Positions 1 through 22,070 of a DNA stretch of 64,000 nucleotides are shown one piece after another; the stretch's first letter is position 1; each line of letters starts with the position of its first letter. This DNA is from Phoronis australis (taxonomy: Eukaryota; Animalia; Phoronida). Location: assembly GCA_002633005.1 (NCBI GenBank), contig NMRA01000609.1, positions 185,354 through 249,353 on the forward strand, given 5' to 3'. The position numbers and the translations under genes are program-made. The notes beneath the pieces were generated by a model. It did not search any database and had not been told where the DNA came from. It saw only the letters and a program-made list of their open reading frames with translations.

Positions 1-650
1 ACGTGCCCTCGAGAAACCCCTATAACGATCGACCGGTTTCGGGGGGTTTTGAAAAAATCCACTGAAGTTGACAAACATAAAAAACAATCGTTACAGTAGA
101 ATTTTAAAAACTGCATAAGTGGCACTAAAACGTCATGTTTTTGTGCAGTGAACACATTTTCACCGGTACCACAGTATCCTGTGGCCGTATGACGTTAGAA
201 ACGTCATGGCTCCCAACGCTTTTCGAAAGCGACTAGTAATTCTCGTGTGGCACTTTCCGAGAAAGCGAATTAATACGATCTGGTGGACTCTCTACAGGCA
301 AGTCGAGATCGGTAATTAGTTGATCTACCTTAAATAGATATTCTCTCTGCGAAAAAAGACAGTTTCAGATGTTGGTAGTTGCGCGGAATCCAACCCATTA
401 ATTCCGCACCGGCATGTGTTAAATGGCAGGGTATTTTAAGCTTATTAGACACCGGTTTGGTTTCAGCGAATGTTTGGCAGACACTCGCGAGAATTCGTGA
501 TTTGTAATAAAATAACGCAAAACATAACATATTTTGTTTTTACAGCTCACGTACTTGATAATAGCTTTACGAAGTCTACACTATTCAAGGATAATCTCGA
601 AATCCCAAAATTGCGTTTTCTTGCCCAAAAAAACGTTAATGTGCCTTTAA
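1..650. mobile_element. Probable right end of a TTAA-flanked non-autonomous DNA transposon (Kolobok/piggyBac-type terminus)
   Basis: Ends in ...AATGTGCCTTTAA at 650; left end not in window; classification is inference. Confidence 0.35.
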
Positions 651-677
651 GTAAAAATTAATTACAAGAATGTGTTA

Positions 678-1100
678 GCACAGTCCTGCCTCGGGTGCAC
701 AGTCCTGCCCGAGTACACAGTCCTGCCCCGGGTACACAGTCCTGCCCCGGGTACACAGTCCTGNACGAAGTCTACACTATTCAAGGATAATCTCGAAATC
801 CCAAAATTGCGTTTTCAAGCCCAAAAAAAACGTTAATGTGCCTTTAAGTAAAAATTAATTACAAGAATGTGTTAGCACAGTCCTGCCTCGGGTGCACAGT
901 CCTGCCCGAGTACACAGTCCTGTCCCGGGTACACAGTCCTGCCCCGGGTACACAGTCCTGCCCCGGGTACACAGTTATGCCCCGGGTACACAGTCCTGCC
1001 CCGGGTACACATTCCTGCCCCGGGTACGCAGTCCTGTCCCGGGTACACAGTCCTGCCCCGGGTACACAGTCCTGCCCCTGGTAAACAGTCCTGCCAGGGA
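678..1100. repeat. 19-bp minisatellite (CACAGTCCTGCCCCGGGTA)n, interrupted by an assembly overlap
   Basis: Tandem units at 678-763 and 876-1100; explains the repetitive ORFs in three frames. Confidence 0.95.
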
Positions 1101-3399
1101 ACAAACGTTTTCTCTGTTCGTTTCTACATTTTTGTATCTTTATCTGTTTTTACTCTTTCTTCAAAAGTGTGTTTTTCCACACAACTTGACTCATTCGTCT
1201 ACCAAATTTGTTTTAGAAACTGATAAATAAATCGTAGATGAAAGGTTTGGAAGATTTTTTTCTAATATTTAAAGTATTTTTTTTTGCAGAAAATATCCAT
1301 TTGCTCCGAGATGTCGAGGCGTGTGGACCGTAAAAAGAAGTTCTCCTGCCGTCGACAATGTGAACGAATATGTTGATTACCCAAGCATACTAAAGGAAGA
1401 CTACCCTTTAATAAAAAGATTAAGAAGGTAAGGTGTTTTCATATAATAACGCTGCCAGAAGGATGGGGGGCGGAGGGGGGTGGGCAAAACTATGCTTTGA
1501 CAAGGGATGTGAAAACGAACCTGACCGAAGTATCCCCGGTGACACCAACTTTGTTTCTGCACCCGGTGGAGTACGATTGACTGACGATGCTCTTTTGCAG
1601 ACAAAAAGTATGTTAACTAACACCTTGGTTTGTTCAGTATTTTGGATTTTTGTTTCATGTTTCGCTCACTGTATGGTTCGCGACTGGAAGTAAGTTTGGT
1701 TATTTTTCCAAATACATTTTGAAATGAATTCAAATTTAATGGCCACCAATTCCCCTGTCACTCACTCTTTACACATACGGGGACTGAGTCAAGATATATG
1801 TGCCATATAGTTCTGTTCACTGAGTTATGAACAGTAACTTTACGACGCAAGTGCTTGCTTATGGTCAAATCAATAGCACGAGACTTGCTTCGAAAAGGGT
1901 CTCTTTTTAACGAGAAATCACTACGCAACGCCTCTTTCCACCTAAAACTCAGTTAACGACAGTTACATTTTCAAACAATTAAGCCCAACTATAAGGCCGA
2001 CTGGGTCGTTGTTGGCGACGTTTGGGGGAATTTACAATCGGATTCTGTTAGATCAGTGTTCCTACTGCAAACGAAAAACGTATTACGAAAAGAAAAGATA
2101 GCTGAACTCGGCAAACCTGGGCCGAGAACCTCTCGTACCCTTCGCGGCTGTTCTGGTGAATAAGAATCCAAGGTCAAGTGGAATGTTGCCGTATGCGGAG
2201 CGCAACAAAGAGGATCGATGGTACAATGCAAACTTGTTCCATATTACACTAATTCACGGGGCATGTGCGTGTGAGCGTGTTCGTCCTTGTGTCCGCGTGT
2301 GTGCGTGTGTGTGCCTCAGAGTGCATGTCCCTGTTTGGACATCTGTCGTAAACAAATAGTCCAAAATTTTACCAGAAAATGGTAATGCTGCATTCCTTAG
2401 CTCTTTGTTTTTCTTGGGTTATTTATGGATCACGCACTGAAGACATTAATTAACTTGATGTATTGTCATGGTGAAAAGAGGGATTCCATCTTCCAACCAA
2501 TCAGAATGATTAAATACGATTTTTCCCGCGAACCAATGAGAAGACAGAATCAACAAGATTGTCTTTATCTCTGGGTATACACTTTGCTCTCGTAAAACGA
2601 GGATTCTGAGGTGGTGCGTGTTATATATTACAATGACGTGACGCGTGAATATATGTATACAGTACGGGTACTATTACAAAGGGCGAGCAATGTACAAAAA
2701 GTACCGCTCTCAGCTCTGGAAGTGGTCCAGAGAGGCAGCTGGACTGAGAGACTAATACAAAAGTCTGTTGTCGTGGGAAGCATGCAGTTTTGTAGATAGG
2801 CATGTGCGGCATTATGGGTCACGAAGTGCATGCTGGGACATCTGTTGGTGGTGGTGCTAATGGCGGGAAAAAGTGGGTGACAGGGATGACGACAGTCTGA
2901 TTGACAACATCACTACGGCGTTTTCCCGTTGCTCCCAACTTGTTCGATTCTATAGCCCAACAACATGTTGGGAAGATGACTCCTGTATCCAATATCTTAC
3001 ACGACTGATTAACTCCATTGTGGCATTTATGGTTGGAAGGCCAGCTCTCTTTTGTTCGATAATTACTCTAATCTCCAATAAGATCGTATCTGACTGGGCT
3101 GTATTGTTAAAAATAAAAGTTAAGTTATAACATATATGAACATAAACCAATAGCATTTCTGAAATCTTCGTCAAATGGTGTTCATGTTTAGTTTTTGAGT
3201 CGCCAAAATCGCCCAACTACAACCGAAGTTATGACAATCTATTCTTTCAGAACGGAAATATTTATATGTTACTTTCACCAAAAATACACTTTCGGCTTAA
3301 TTACTGTTATCCCTGACATAATGTCTTCTGGCGCTTTCTGGGTTTAATTCTTAGTATTGTGCATTGTGTTTTTCGTAATTATAACGATAAAAAAAATGT

Positions 3400-3565
3400 T
3401 TTCCCAGGTCGAGTTTCGTAAACACAAGAACCTCGCGAAGAAAGCTAGTGTGATCATGTGGTTTGCTCGTAATACATGGCGAAAGCCCTTGTAGTCCTGC
3501 GTGGTTTTGCGTTTTCGCGAGGTTCTCGCATCTACGAAACGCACGCCTGGCGTTTTGCAAGCGCT
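3400..3565 (+). repeat. Dispersed repeat C, copy 1 (second copy ~5632-5790)
   Basis: Diverged similarity, e.g. CGAGTTTCGTAAACACAAGAACCTCGCGAAGAAAGCT vs CGAGTTCCTTAGATGCAGTAATCTCGCAAAGGAAGCT, and shared TTGCGTTTTCGCGA. Confidence 0.7.
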
Positions 3566-4240
3566 TCCATTGAGCAAAACACGATTGACCGACAAAGAGT
3601 GTACGCTGGGACCTCGTTAAAAAACAAGACATCGCGAGATTACGTGAGATATTGTCGTGTATTTCAAATGAAAGCACGTGATTTTGGCTTGATTTTAGCT
3701 GGGTCCTGATGTAGGTTAGTGAACGCTCCCCAGTTCAATAGCGAGTGGGACTTGAGATCACCCCATGGCAATGAATCGGCAGAATCAAGATTCGGGCCCC
3801 AAGCTTTTTAGTAGCCGTTTAATACTTTGTCTCTTTCCATTGTTTCATAGTTGCTAAATACTTGCCAGGGAAGCAGCGATGCCTAACAGTCTCCCCTACT
3901 GAGGTAACCAGGGATATATATTTTTGGTAAAGCTGGCATAGTCTATCCTTTAAACTATGACTTAAGCCTATTATCATTAAAATCTTTGAAACAAAGTAGT
4001 ACTAAGCTCTATTCGTCTACAATAAAAATTTTGAGACAATTTTAAAAAGGATGAAGTCTTTTAAACGTGCAAGAGTTACAGGCCCTTAACTGGTACGTGA
4101 CTTATACCGCCGTCGTTCAGACATTGAATTTTTAATGCGTCTCATCAGAAGGTAGATCAGCCGCTTACAGGGCAATTCATTAACCCTCGTGCTTTTTATC
4201 AAAGTACAATTTTTTGATTTAGACTACTAATCGTTGGGAA

Positions 4241-4444
4241 ATTGACCTCAAATAGCTCCCGAGTCAAAATAGGAGTGATTTCTGGTTTGGAATTGATTGT
4301 TTGTCATTTCTTCATGCTAAGCTCATGAAATTTCAAGTCACCTAGTGACTTGACAGTTCATGAGTTTAGTCTGGAGAAATGACAAACTGTCAGCTGTTCC
4401 CGAGCTCGGAGATCAGACAAGACCAATTCTGCTATCGAGTTAAT
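4241..4444. mobile_element. ~200-bp foldback/MITE-like palindrome
   Basis: Nested inverted arms: TTGTCATTTCT/AGAAATGACAA, CTAAGCTCATGAA/TTCATGAGTTTAG, CAAGTCAC/GTGACTTG; outer arms degenerate. Confidence 0.7.
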
Positions 4445-4911
4445 GCCCCCTTAAAGTTAGTGCTCACAAAGGCATCCTATTTCCGGTGCAACGTGTAATT
4501 ACCATAACATCAATGTGTAAAATGACGTGCGCCATCATGGGCGAACAGCGCCTAACCACAAATCGCGTCATTCGAATGTAGGCTTTTCACAGTAAGAAGA
4601 CAGATTAAACGTCAGACGAGCGTTCACGTTTGAAAATATTTTCACATGGCGGAACAGACATCCATCAGCGTTCTGACTGGACGACCCGCGAACTCTGTAT
4701 AATAGAAAAATTTATGGAAGGACATAATGTCCACTTGGCAGAATCTACTTTGTAACAAAGTGAGAACGTGAGAAGCTGTTTAATGCCTTTATTTTTGGAA
4801 AGGCTGGGCAAGGATACATGTACCTAAATGATGACGATATCAGCTTTGAGAAAAATCGCAAACAGGGTTTCTAGCCTATCAGAAGTTTTTCATAAAGTCA
4901 GTTCTCTAGAA

Positions 4912-5003
4912 CTGGCGGATTTAGGGGGGGGGGGGCAAAGGGNAATTCTGGTTATTCCTGTGCCCTGGCACCCCTAACTCAAAATCCTGGATCCGCGCCC
5001 CTG
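4912..5003. mobile_element. GGCGGAT..ATCCGC G-tract MITE-like element (related sequence at 63170-63330)
   Basis: Starts CTGGCGGATTTAGGGG, ends CCTGGATCCGCGCCCCTG; contains a single-N join. Confidence 0.55.
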
Positions 5004-5631
5004 TCTATAATTATTTTTTTGTGAGCGATGTCAGTAAACTCTTGTTTTTTGTATTTCAGCTACAATGCCCGAAGGTAGTAGAAAGGCGAAGGAACGTTTC
5101 CAGTTACATTCCGTACGCACAGTCAACATTTCTAAGGATTTTGTGAAAATCGAGAAAATGGGTATTCGAACACAGTATTAGAGCAACACGCCTGTGTCAA
5201 CTCTACATTGCAATAACTAACGCACGTGGGGTAGCACAGCGTGCACTAGATTTGACTAACGGAAATACTGTCTAGTGTGTTACTTACTGATCAGCTGAAA
5301 AAACTGTGTGATGGTATGGCAATGTACAACGGCACCTCAGCACGGCCCGACATTAAAAGCAAGAACGCCCCGCGCACTCGGCGTTGGCCCGCCATGAGCT
5401 TTGGATATTTACTTGGGAATTTAACAGCGCAAGACTACTGTACCTGAGTGGTTAAAGGACTGGATAATTGTAAATATGAAGAATTTAAAGGTGCTGTAAT
5501 CACCTACGTTATGGAAAATGTGATGTGCAAACATATTTTTATATGGGTTTGACACGCATTTCAGGAAATGTAACAAGCATGCTATAAAATAAATTACTTT
5601 GTGAGCCAATTATCATTTAATAACCTTATAA

Positions 5632-5790
5632 CCTCCTGACCCGAGTTCCTTAGATGCAGTAATCTCGCAAAGGAAGCTTCTGCGGTCACGTGCTTTGCTT
5701 GTAATGCGTGGCAACATCTCGCGAAGTTTTGCGTGATCTTGCGTTTTCGCGATGTTTCCCCGCCTTCAGAACGCACACATGCTATCCCTG
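5632..5790 (+). repeat. Dispersed repeat C, copy 2
   Basis: Aligns with 3400-3565. Confidence 0.7.
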
Positions 5791-7320
5791 AACAGGTACT
5801 TTGTTTGATACTACGCCATCGCGTTCCTGTCCTTTGTGACAATAAATCAATTCCTGGACGGGCATACTGCCTTGGCGTCAGAAAATAACTGGCTACAGGG
5901 ACGTGGCTAGCTGTACCATAGAAGCAAATACGCACGTGCGTCATAGACAGAAGGCAATAAACTTTAGTGTTCACTGCAAATTAATTTTCCAAAAATTTTC
6001 ACCATTTTTATTCAAACTATATCAATATCAATGCGCACCAGGGACATATGGACATCGATCACGACTAGTAAGAATATATCACGTCTACAGAACGGCGTGA
6101 CGTCATAAACCCGCGTTCCGTCGGAGAAACTAAATGTTCATTTACCGCAACTTGTGGATCCTGGTATCGATCAATCTGAACTGGAAAAACTTGAATTCAA
6201 TTTTATAACGGTAAAAATCAAATAGTTGTTTTTGTAACGGAAGGCGGCTTTTAAAGTTTTGCTGTAGACACACCGTTGGAGGGATGCCCGTTAGCCTCTT
6301 TCAAGCTGTGGAACGGAGTTTTAGCACCATGACAGTCGGTTGTTATCAGTAGCGCTATTACACATTTATAAGGACAAAAGCATCGATCCCGACTGAGTGG
6401 CTGCAGACGTCGCCAAATACCTCACTACAAAAGAGGTCGATTGTCTTAAGTTTGTTTATTGTGACTAGTCCATCCTTCCTGTAATTAGTTTTGATTTAAG
6501 CCACTTACCGTTATAAAAACTAGTCTTCTTTTGTTCCGCGCTCATTTTAAAAGTGATCTCTGTATTTGAGAAGAACTGACAGTCCATTATTTCTTCAAAC
6601 CAAAAATTTCAGGTCACGGCGTGACCTGAAATATTATGAGCTTGGTCTTAAACAATAACAATCTGTCGGTCCTTCGAATGCCTGAAATCACCTCTTATTT
6701 AACTGAAGAACAATTTGAGACTAATTTCATAATAGTATGCCCTAATTCGAAACATTTTGACAGAACACTGCCACTTTAAGAAATAACTTAATCACTGTGG
6801 AATTAAGTTTTTTAGCCTAGTATTTCTACATCGCTGCTTTTACATAATACAAACAAAAATCGGTTCCAGTCAATTTAAACTTTAAGGCTCATTTGGAGTT
6901 CAGCACGCAGTTAATGACTCTTATTTATGCTATTTCATAGTCAAAAAGTGAATCGCGATATTCACGTCTTAATTGTCAAAACTTTGTCACCACCAGTTTT
7001 CGTGGCATGATTTGTGCGTCCTAGTCAAACATGGCTAATTACGTGCCTACACCGTGACAAGTGAGTAGTTAATGAGCTAGGTCTTATGAAGCGACAACCT
7101 ATCATTTCTTCTCAAGTCAGCAAATCAGTTATAACCCATACGAGGAACAGGATGAGATCGAATTTTTAAACAAAAATGACATAAACCAACCGTTGGTTTT
7201 TGACATGGACGAGTTGTTTCCAACCACGAAATGAGCACGGGATCTTGAGGAGGAAATGTTGAGGCTGACGTTCACTAGGTGGCGTTAATGCCAGACGAGT
7301 TTCACACGTAGAAATGTCTG

Positions 7321-7683
7321 CTCCTAACTATGCTAATGTATAGCAGGAATTAAATGACAATGCTATTTGAACATCATCTACACTAAACGAAGTGCAGTTG
7401 TATTTACTGACAACTTGTAAACGTAAAAACAAAAAATGCAAGTAGGCGACCTTTGCACTAATGACGTGCCTTGGAGACTCGATTATATGGCATCATTTTG
7501 CAGTGTGATTCCCAACGCCACGTCACGATACTTGCTGGATACGGTTGAGTGATACACTGCGGATCATTTTCGACACAAAACCCGTTTAGCAATTTTCAAC
7601 CAACTTCATATTCACATCGTCGCTATATAATTTGACCAAGCAATAACATATAGATAAGGATTTAGCGGGCAAGTTCCACTTTA
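7321..7683 (+). repeat. Dispersed repeat B, copy 1 (TTAA-ended)
   Basis: Colinear with 26155-26531 from CTCCTAACTATGCTAATGTATA to CAAGTTCCACTTTAA. Confidence 0.85.
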
Positions 7684-8296
7684 ATAAGACCATTATTCTA
7701 CAGCTGCCCCCACGATGGACTGCTCTTTTAGAAAGAGAGGCCTTTCCCGGACTTCTACGTGCATATCGCCCATGGGTTACGTACACTGGGAACAGTGTTT
7801 TTTTTTTCACGCTCGCAACTGCTCTGTTGGCTTGGTGCAGAATAACACAACATAAGAAGGTAGGCAACACTTTGTCGAGGAGCGTAGCAGTCAGAAATGC
7901 AGAAAGGTCGGGAAGACTGTCTCAAAGACAGATAATGTCGGAGACAACCCACGTTGTAGCAGATTTAAGATTTGTTGAGGCAAATCTGTGAATAAAATTT
8001 GATGAGCATTATCATTTATACGAAACTCCTGTAATTGTAATGTATGTATTATCACTTACATACAAACCAGTCTACTGAACGAATAAACGGACAAAATTGG
8101 CAATGAGAGCATTTGGTTTGAACATGTAGAGTGAAATAGAGAATGCGAGGGAGACAGTATTTATTGAAAAAAGGAAAATTTAAATTCGGCCAAACTTTAC
8201 TCACTTGGACTTGAAAGTTTTCCCACGGTTTTGAAACATTAGTCCAGCATGTATGCATGCAGCTATACGAATGTGCTTTTTTTTCGGTTGGTGTGC

Positions 8297-8561
8297 TAAT
8301 ACACCTTCCGCATAGGACAAAGGTGAACTGACCAATACGTATCCGTTTATAACGACAAACGAAACCTCACGGTCTTTTGAAAACGTTCATTTCTTCAAAG
8401 TGGAATTCTTTTTAAAACGGCCAGACTCAGTTTTGCGTAATTCGAGTGGGCGCGAAAAACGATGGAAACCGAGGTTAACTGTGAACAGAAATCGTTTTGA
8501 TGACGCAAAGAAAAAGTTTAGTTTTTTAAATGAAAATGCAACCGTGTGGACAGGGTCTTAA
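8297..8561. mobile_element. Degenerate Harbinger/PIF-like MITE
   Basis: Right end CCGTGTGGACAGGGTC-TTA and internal TTTTGAAAACG/AAAACG motifs typical of such elements; left end poorly preserved. Confidence 0.35.
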
Positions 8562-11500
8562 ATTAAACGGATATTCTATGAGATAGCAAAATATGCTCCC
8601 ATCTTAAATTAATTTATTAACCTTGGCAACACTTGACCTCAGAATTTGGTAAGAACGATATTTACACGGTTGCATATGTTGCCCTGTTGAGCAGGCTAAA
8701 AACGAAAATGGAATTAGACCTTATAGTCTCGTAAAATCTGTCTTATGATATTTCTTTCCGTGATATAATTATATTTCCATCACCAACACGAAAATCAAAA
8801 CCATCAGCGACTCTAAACCCCAAAATTGCGATTTCAAAATGCCACATACATGTACACATTGCCTGTGACTTGAGTTGCTAACAAAAATAGAGTCTCATCG
8901 TTTTTTTCTGGTCATCAAACAGGGTGAATGCAGCTTTAAATGTTTTTCATAACCATTTTTCAAGTGAGTTCTGTAGAACCCACTGCAACACTAACTCTGA
9001 GTCAGTGCTAAAACCAATCTCCACTGCTTTTGTCCAATCACAGAGAGTACAAGACTTCAAGTAAAGCGACGAAACCTACATAAGACGTTTTCGACCTCGT
9101 GCTCTGTTGTATTTTCTTTTCAAATGTAGTACAAGTATGAGTACACCGGCAATTGTTACTTTGTAGTGACGTTTTGCTGTTTGTGTTAAGATGAAAGTCA
9201 GTTTGTCAACGGATTTGTAAACTTATGCTGTTGGCATGGCAATGGTCATAAACATGGATCTCGTCTGCGGAATGAACAGACGACGCTTGTTTTTCTTGTC
9301 AGAATGATGAGTTGAATGAGTTGTTTTCTACTTTTGATCACAGCGTAGGAAAATGCCTTTATTCCATTTCTTCGCTAACTGATCATTCACGTACGTCTTA
9401 ATAACAAAAATTGATCTTCTTGCTTGTACAATTTTCAGACACTAGACAGGTGTTCGCTTCCCTTTATTAAGCCGATTTGTTTCCCACACTTTGTGCGCCC
9501 AAATACGCGTTTTTTCTCGAGTGTATTCCTAGATTATTTTAAAATTTATAGAACTTTTAAGTGTCTTAAAAGACACTTAAAGATAACCCCCCTCCCCATT
9601 CACCAATTAAGAACACAGGAGGAGTTTCACAAGTCGAAAGATATCACTAAAACAAACATTCTGTAACTTCCGGTCTCGTTTGACGGAAGTTGAGTGCGTA
9701 CCCATAATGCATGAGTCAGCTGTCACTCACTACGATGCAGCCATTTTAGGTGGTAGTGCACCACCAAAAATTAAACTAAAAGATTCGTATTAAATTCAGT
9801 TAACTTTGAACATATTCGGAGTTGTGTTGAATGAGCATTTTTTGGGCATAAGTTTCGACTAAACTAAATTACGTTAAAAATCGTTTTATGTAGTTATTTT
9901 GTACTAATATGAAGCGTAAGGAGCATCTTTATTAAAGTACATTATCCTAGTCCAGTAGTGGCTGCACGTGAGCTACAACATGTTCTATTGTAAGTTTTCT
10001 GGGCCTTAAGAAATTTCTTTTCAAAGAGCACTTACTTCTTCTATGAAAAAATCCAACAAAAGTTTGGAGAAGCGAATTGGCACCCTTTAAAAATTGCCAC
10101 CGGCGTTAGGAAAAATCGTTCTAATTTTTTTGTAGCAAGAAACCGCGCGCCCTTTGACAAAAATAAACCGATTTAAGTCAGATTTACGATAAAATCGGTT
10201 TCATTTTGATACTTCAAGTACTCTGATTGAAAATTATCTCTAGGCTTACGAAAACTTGCCCGTTTCAGACCAGGCTCACTATCTACAAAGCTTGCTTGTA
10301 ACGACGGGTTAGTGTCAGCCGCTGAAACAATGTGGCCGCCAGGTGATACCCCAGCGTTTTACTGGAGCCAATTTCACTTGAAATAAAGGATAAGAAAACG
10401 ACGTTATTGTCTCGGAAGAGCAAATGCGCCTGTGGAGAAATTTGTTTTGGCCCCAGAATACATTTTATTGCGCTTTAAGATTATGTAGGACGCTAGGAAA
10501 TTGTTCGCAACATCATATCTCAGAAATAGCCGATAGATTCGTATGAAAATTCTTGATACTATGCTTTGTGCACTGTTACCCAAAATGTTAAGAATTGATC
10601 TTAAATGTTTCACTTTTGCAATGAGGTGCTTTTGAAAAATAGGAGTTTATGATTTTCGTGAAAAAGTTAACGTTGCGCGAAACAAAAACGAAATATTCTA
10701 GAAAACCGTAGCAGCGTTTTTGAGACCTTGGACATGTCAAATAAAATTTAAGTTATCGATAACAACACTGTTTTGCTAAGGGTGTACCTTTCGTGTTAGC
10801 TATATTTTACTACAGATATGATCACGTGACTCAAGCAATAACAGATTGCTATTTAATCATAAATCAAGTTCTACAGTAGTCTTTCTACTTCAGACACTAT
10901 AATGTCTTTAGTTGTAGACATTTGGATAAATACTCTGACAGACCTGTCATTATAAGGTCCTGCATATTTTTAAGGAAACAAGTCAGGTGATGGTGCTCAA
11001 ATAAAATCTTTGATAATTCGAACGACAGATTCGTGAACGAGCTGGACTTTCCGCTAAGAGTCGAATAAACCATCGGGCCTAGGCAAGTTACCGTTTGTAA
11101 ATGATACATGTAGGTAAGCGAATAGTTCGCCTTCTGGGAGGTAACAGTCGACGTGGACTGGCGATCATAAAAGTAAAACTTAAGATTAAAAATTTCAACT
11201 GAGTATTAAACCGGGATGGACAAAAAACGAACACGTAGGCATCCAAAAAGAAACTTGAAAACACCGGGGTGGCATTTATCCGACAATGAGCGCTAATCTG
11301 GATGAACACGGTATTGGCGGAAAGGAGGCGAATCTTAATTTTGCAGAGTCCTAAAGCTGCTTATCACGATGAATGCGTACTTTCATTTCCGCTGGTAAAT
11401 GACCTCCAGTTATGATTAAAGAAGATTTTATTGCAAATCTGCTACTCCAAAAGGCAATCCATTAGATATAATAGGACCAATCTAAGAAGGTGTAAGAAAG

Positions 11501-12673
11501 TAAAGGAGAAAGGAATAAAAATGGCAAGTTACCTTGATAACATTTATTAATCTATTTACAAAAATAGTTGAGACATTGAGGTTGAATACAGACTATTCAT
11601 CACCTGGACATCAATACTACACTCAACGTGTAGGCGGTCCCAAACAAGAACGCCCTCATTTCACCTAGTCAAACACGTAGTGCCTGGATAAAATGCAAAT
11701 AACAGGTGAAAAAAACTGAGATAAGAAATCAGCCTTTTGTTTATACTCTGGATCAAAATCACAAGGTCAAAGAATGTAGCTGAAATGAACATTTTCACAG
11801 TATCACCTAAGGTATATCTTCACACAATATGGCCGACAACTGAAATTGTATTTTGTCAAATTTCTTCACAAAAACAAAGATTACGAAAATTTTAGTATAT
11901 TACTTGCATGGTTTGTACTTTATAGATGCCAAAAAACAACTTTTAGTAAATTTTCATCATTTTCAAAAAAGTAATCCGCCTTTGAAAAATAAAATTCTTT
12001 AAATTATTTTTGGTTAAATAAGAGAACTACCTAGAAGATGTGAAACCGTGATTATTTCTCACGTGACAACTTTGACACCAGTCATATTTGTAGTGAAAGT
12101 ACAGCAAAGGCAAGAATTTATCAAAAAACGGTGAATCTATTCCCTTCTTCAGCACACAGAATGATAAATAAGTGTAGTTGTCACCAAAAGTAAACTTTAA
12201 GAATATTTTACTATATTTGCAGTCAAAAAACAACAGCTGGTGAAAATTGAGTAGCCAACTTTTGAAAAATAGACAAATGACAAAAGGGGCAAGACAGAAG
12301 AATTACTAGAGTCACTGTTCTCAGACAGAAACGATCCCCAAATCAGTCTTTTTCACTTCAAGCATTGTTGTGAATGTGTACAATTTCCCAGAATTCTTTC
12401 AGATGGTAACTACAGTATAGTTCTTTAAATACCATAGAGCATTTGGTTTAAGCTACAAATCTTCCATGAGAAAGTGAAAAAAAAATACTTGTCCACCATA
12501 TTGTATCCTAAACGGACAGGTAAGAAATGCATTGGGTGAACCTTGAACATCAGATCTTCTTTGCACATGATTGACCAGGCATCTACAAAACATACTGTCC
12601 CATTCATACGAGTCAACGGAATTCATTTAACACCAGTTTGCACATTAAAAAATACCCTACGATATGAAATTCC

Positions 12674-21921
<9,248 letters not shown>

Positions 21922-22051
21922 CTAAATGTTTTTATAGTAATTATTGAAAATTTTTATGATGTTTAATCATTTTAGGAGGAGTGTGAACATTGACACAGAA
22001 TTCAATGCTAGTTTGAACGACATAATTTTGAGACTACTTTTTTTTTAAATC

Positions 22052-22070
22052 TCCACTAGAGGTCTCTTTC
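22052..22070. promoter_or_regulatory. 19-bp motif TCCACTAGAGGTCTCTTTC upstream of POLR2H
   Basis: 18/19 identical to 60363-60381 upstream of NCAPD3, same orientation relative to the gene. Confidence 0.55.

Noticed and set aside
569-960. Apparent ~195-bp tandem duplication
   Set aside because: The copies abut a single N at 764, typical of a scaffold overlap artefact
859-1230. Repetitive ORFs and CRISPR-like regular repeats
   Set aside because: 19-bp minisatellite without unique spacers, in a eukaryotic context with no cas genes
10897-11340. Overlapping minus-strand ORFs downstream of POLR2H
   Set aside because: No recognisable domain or coherent splice structure
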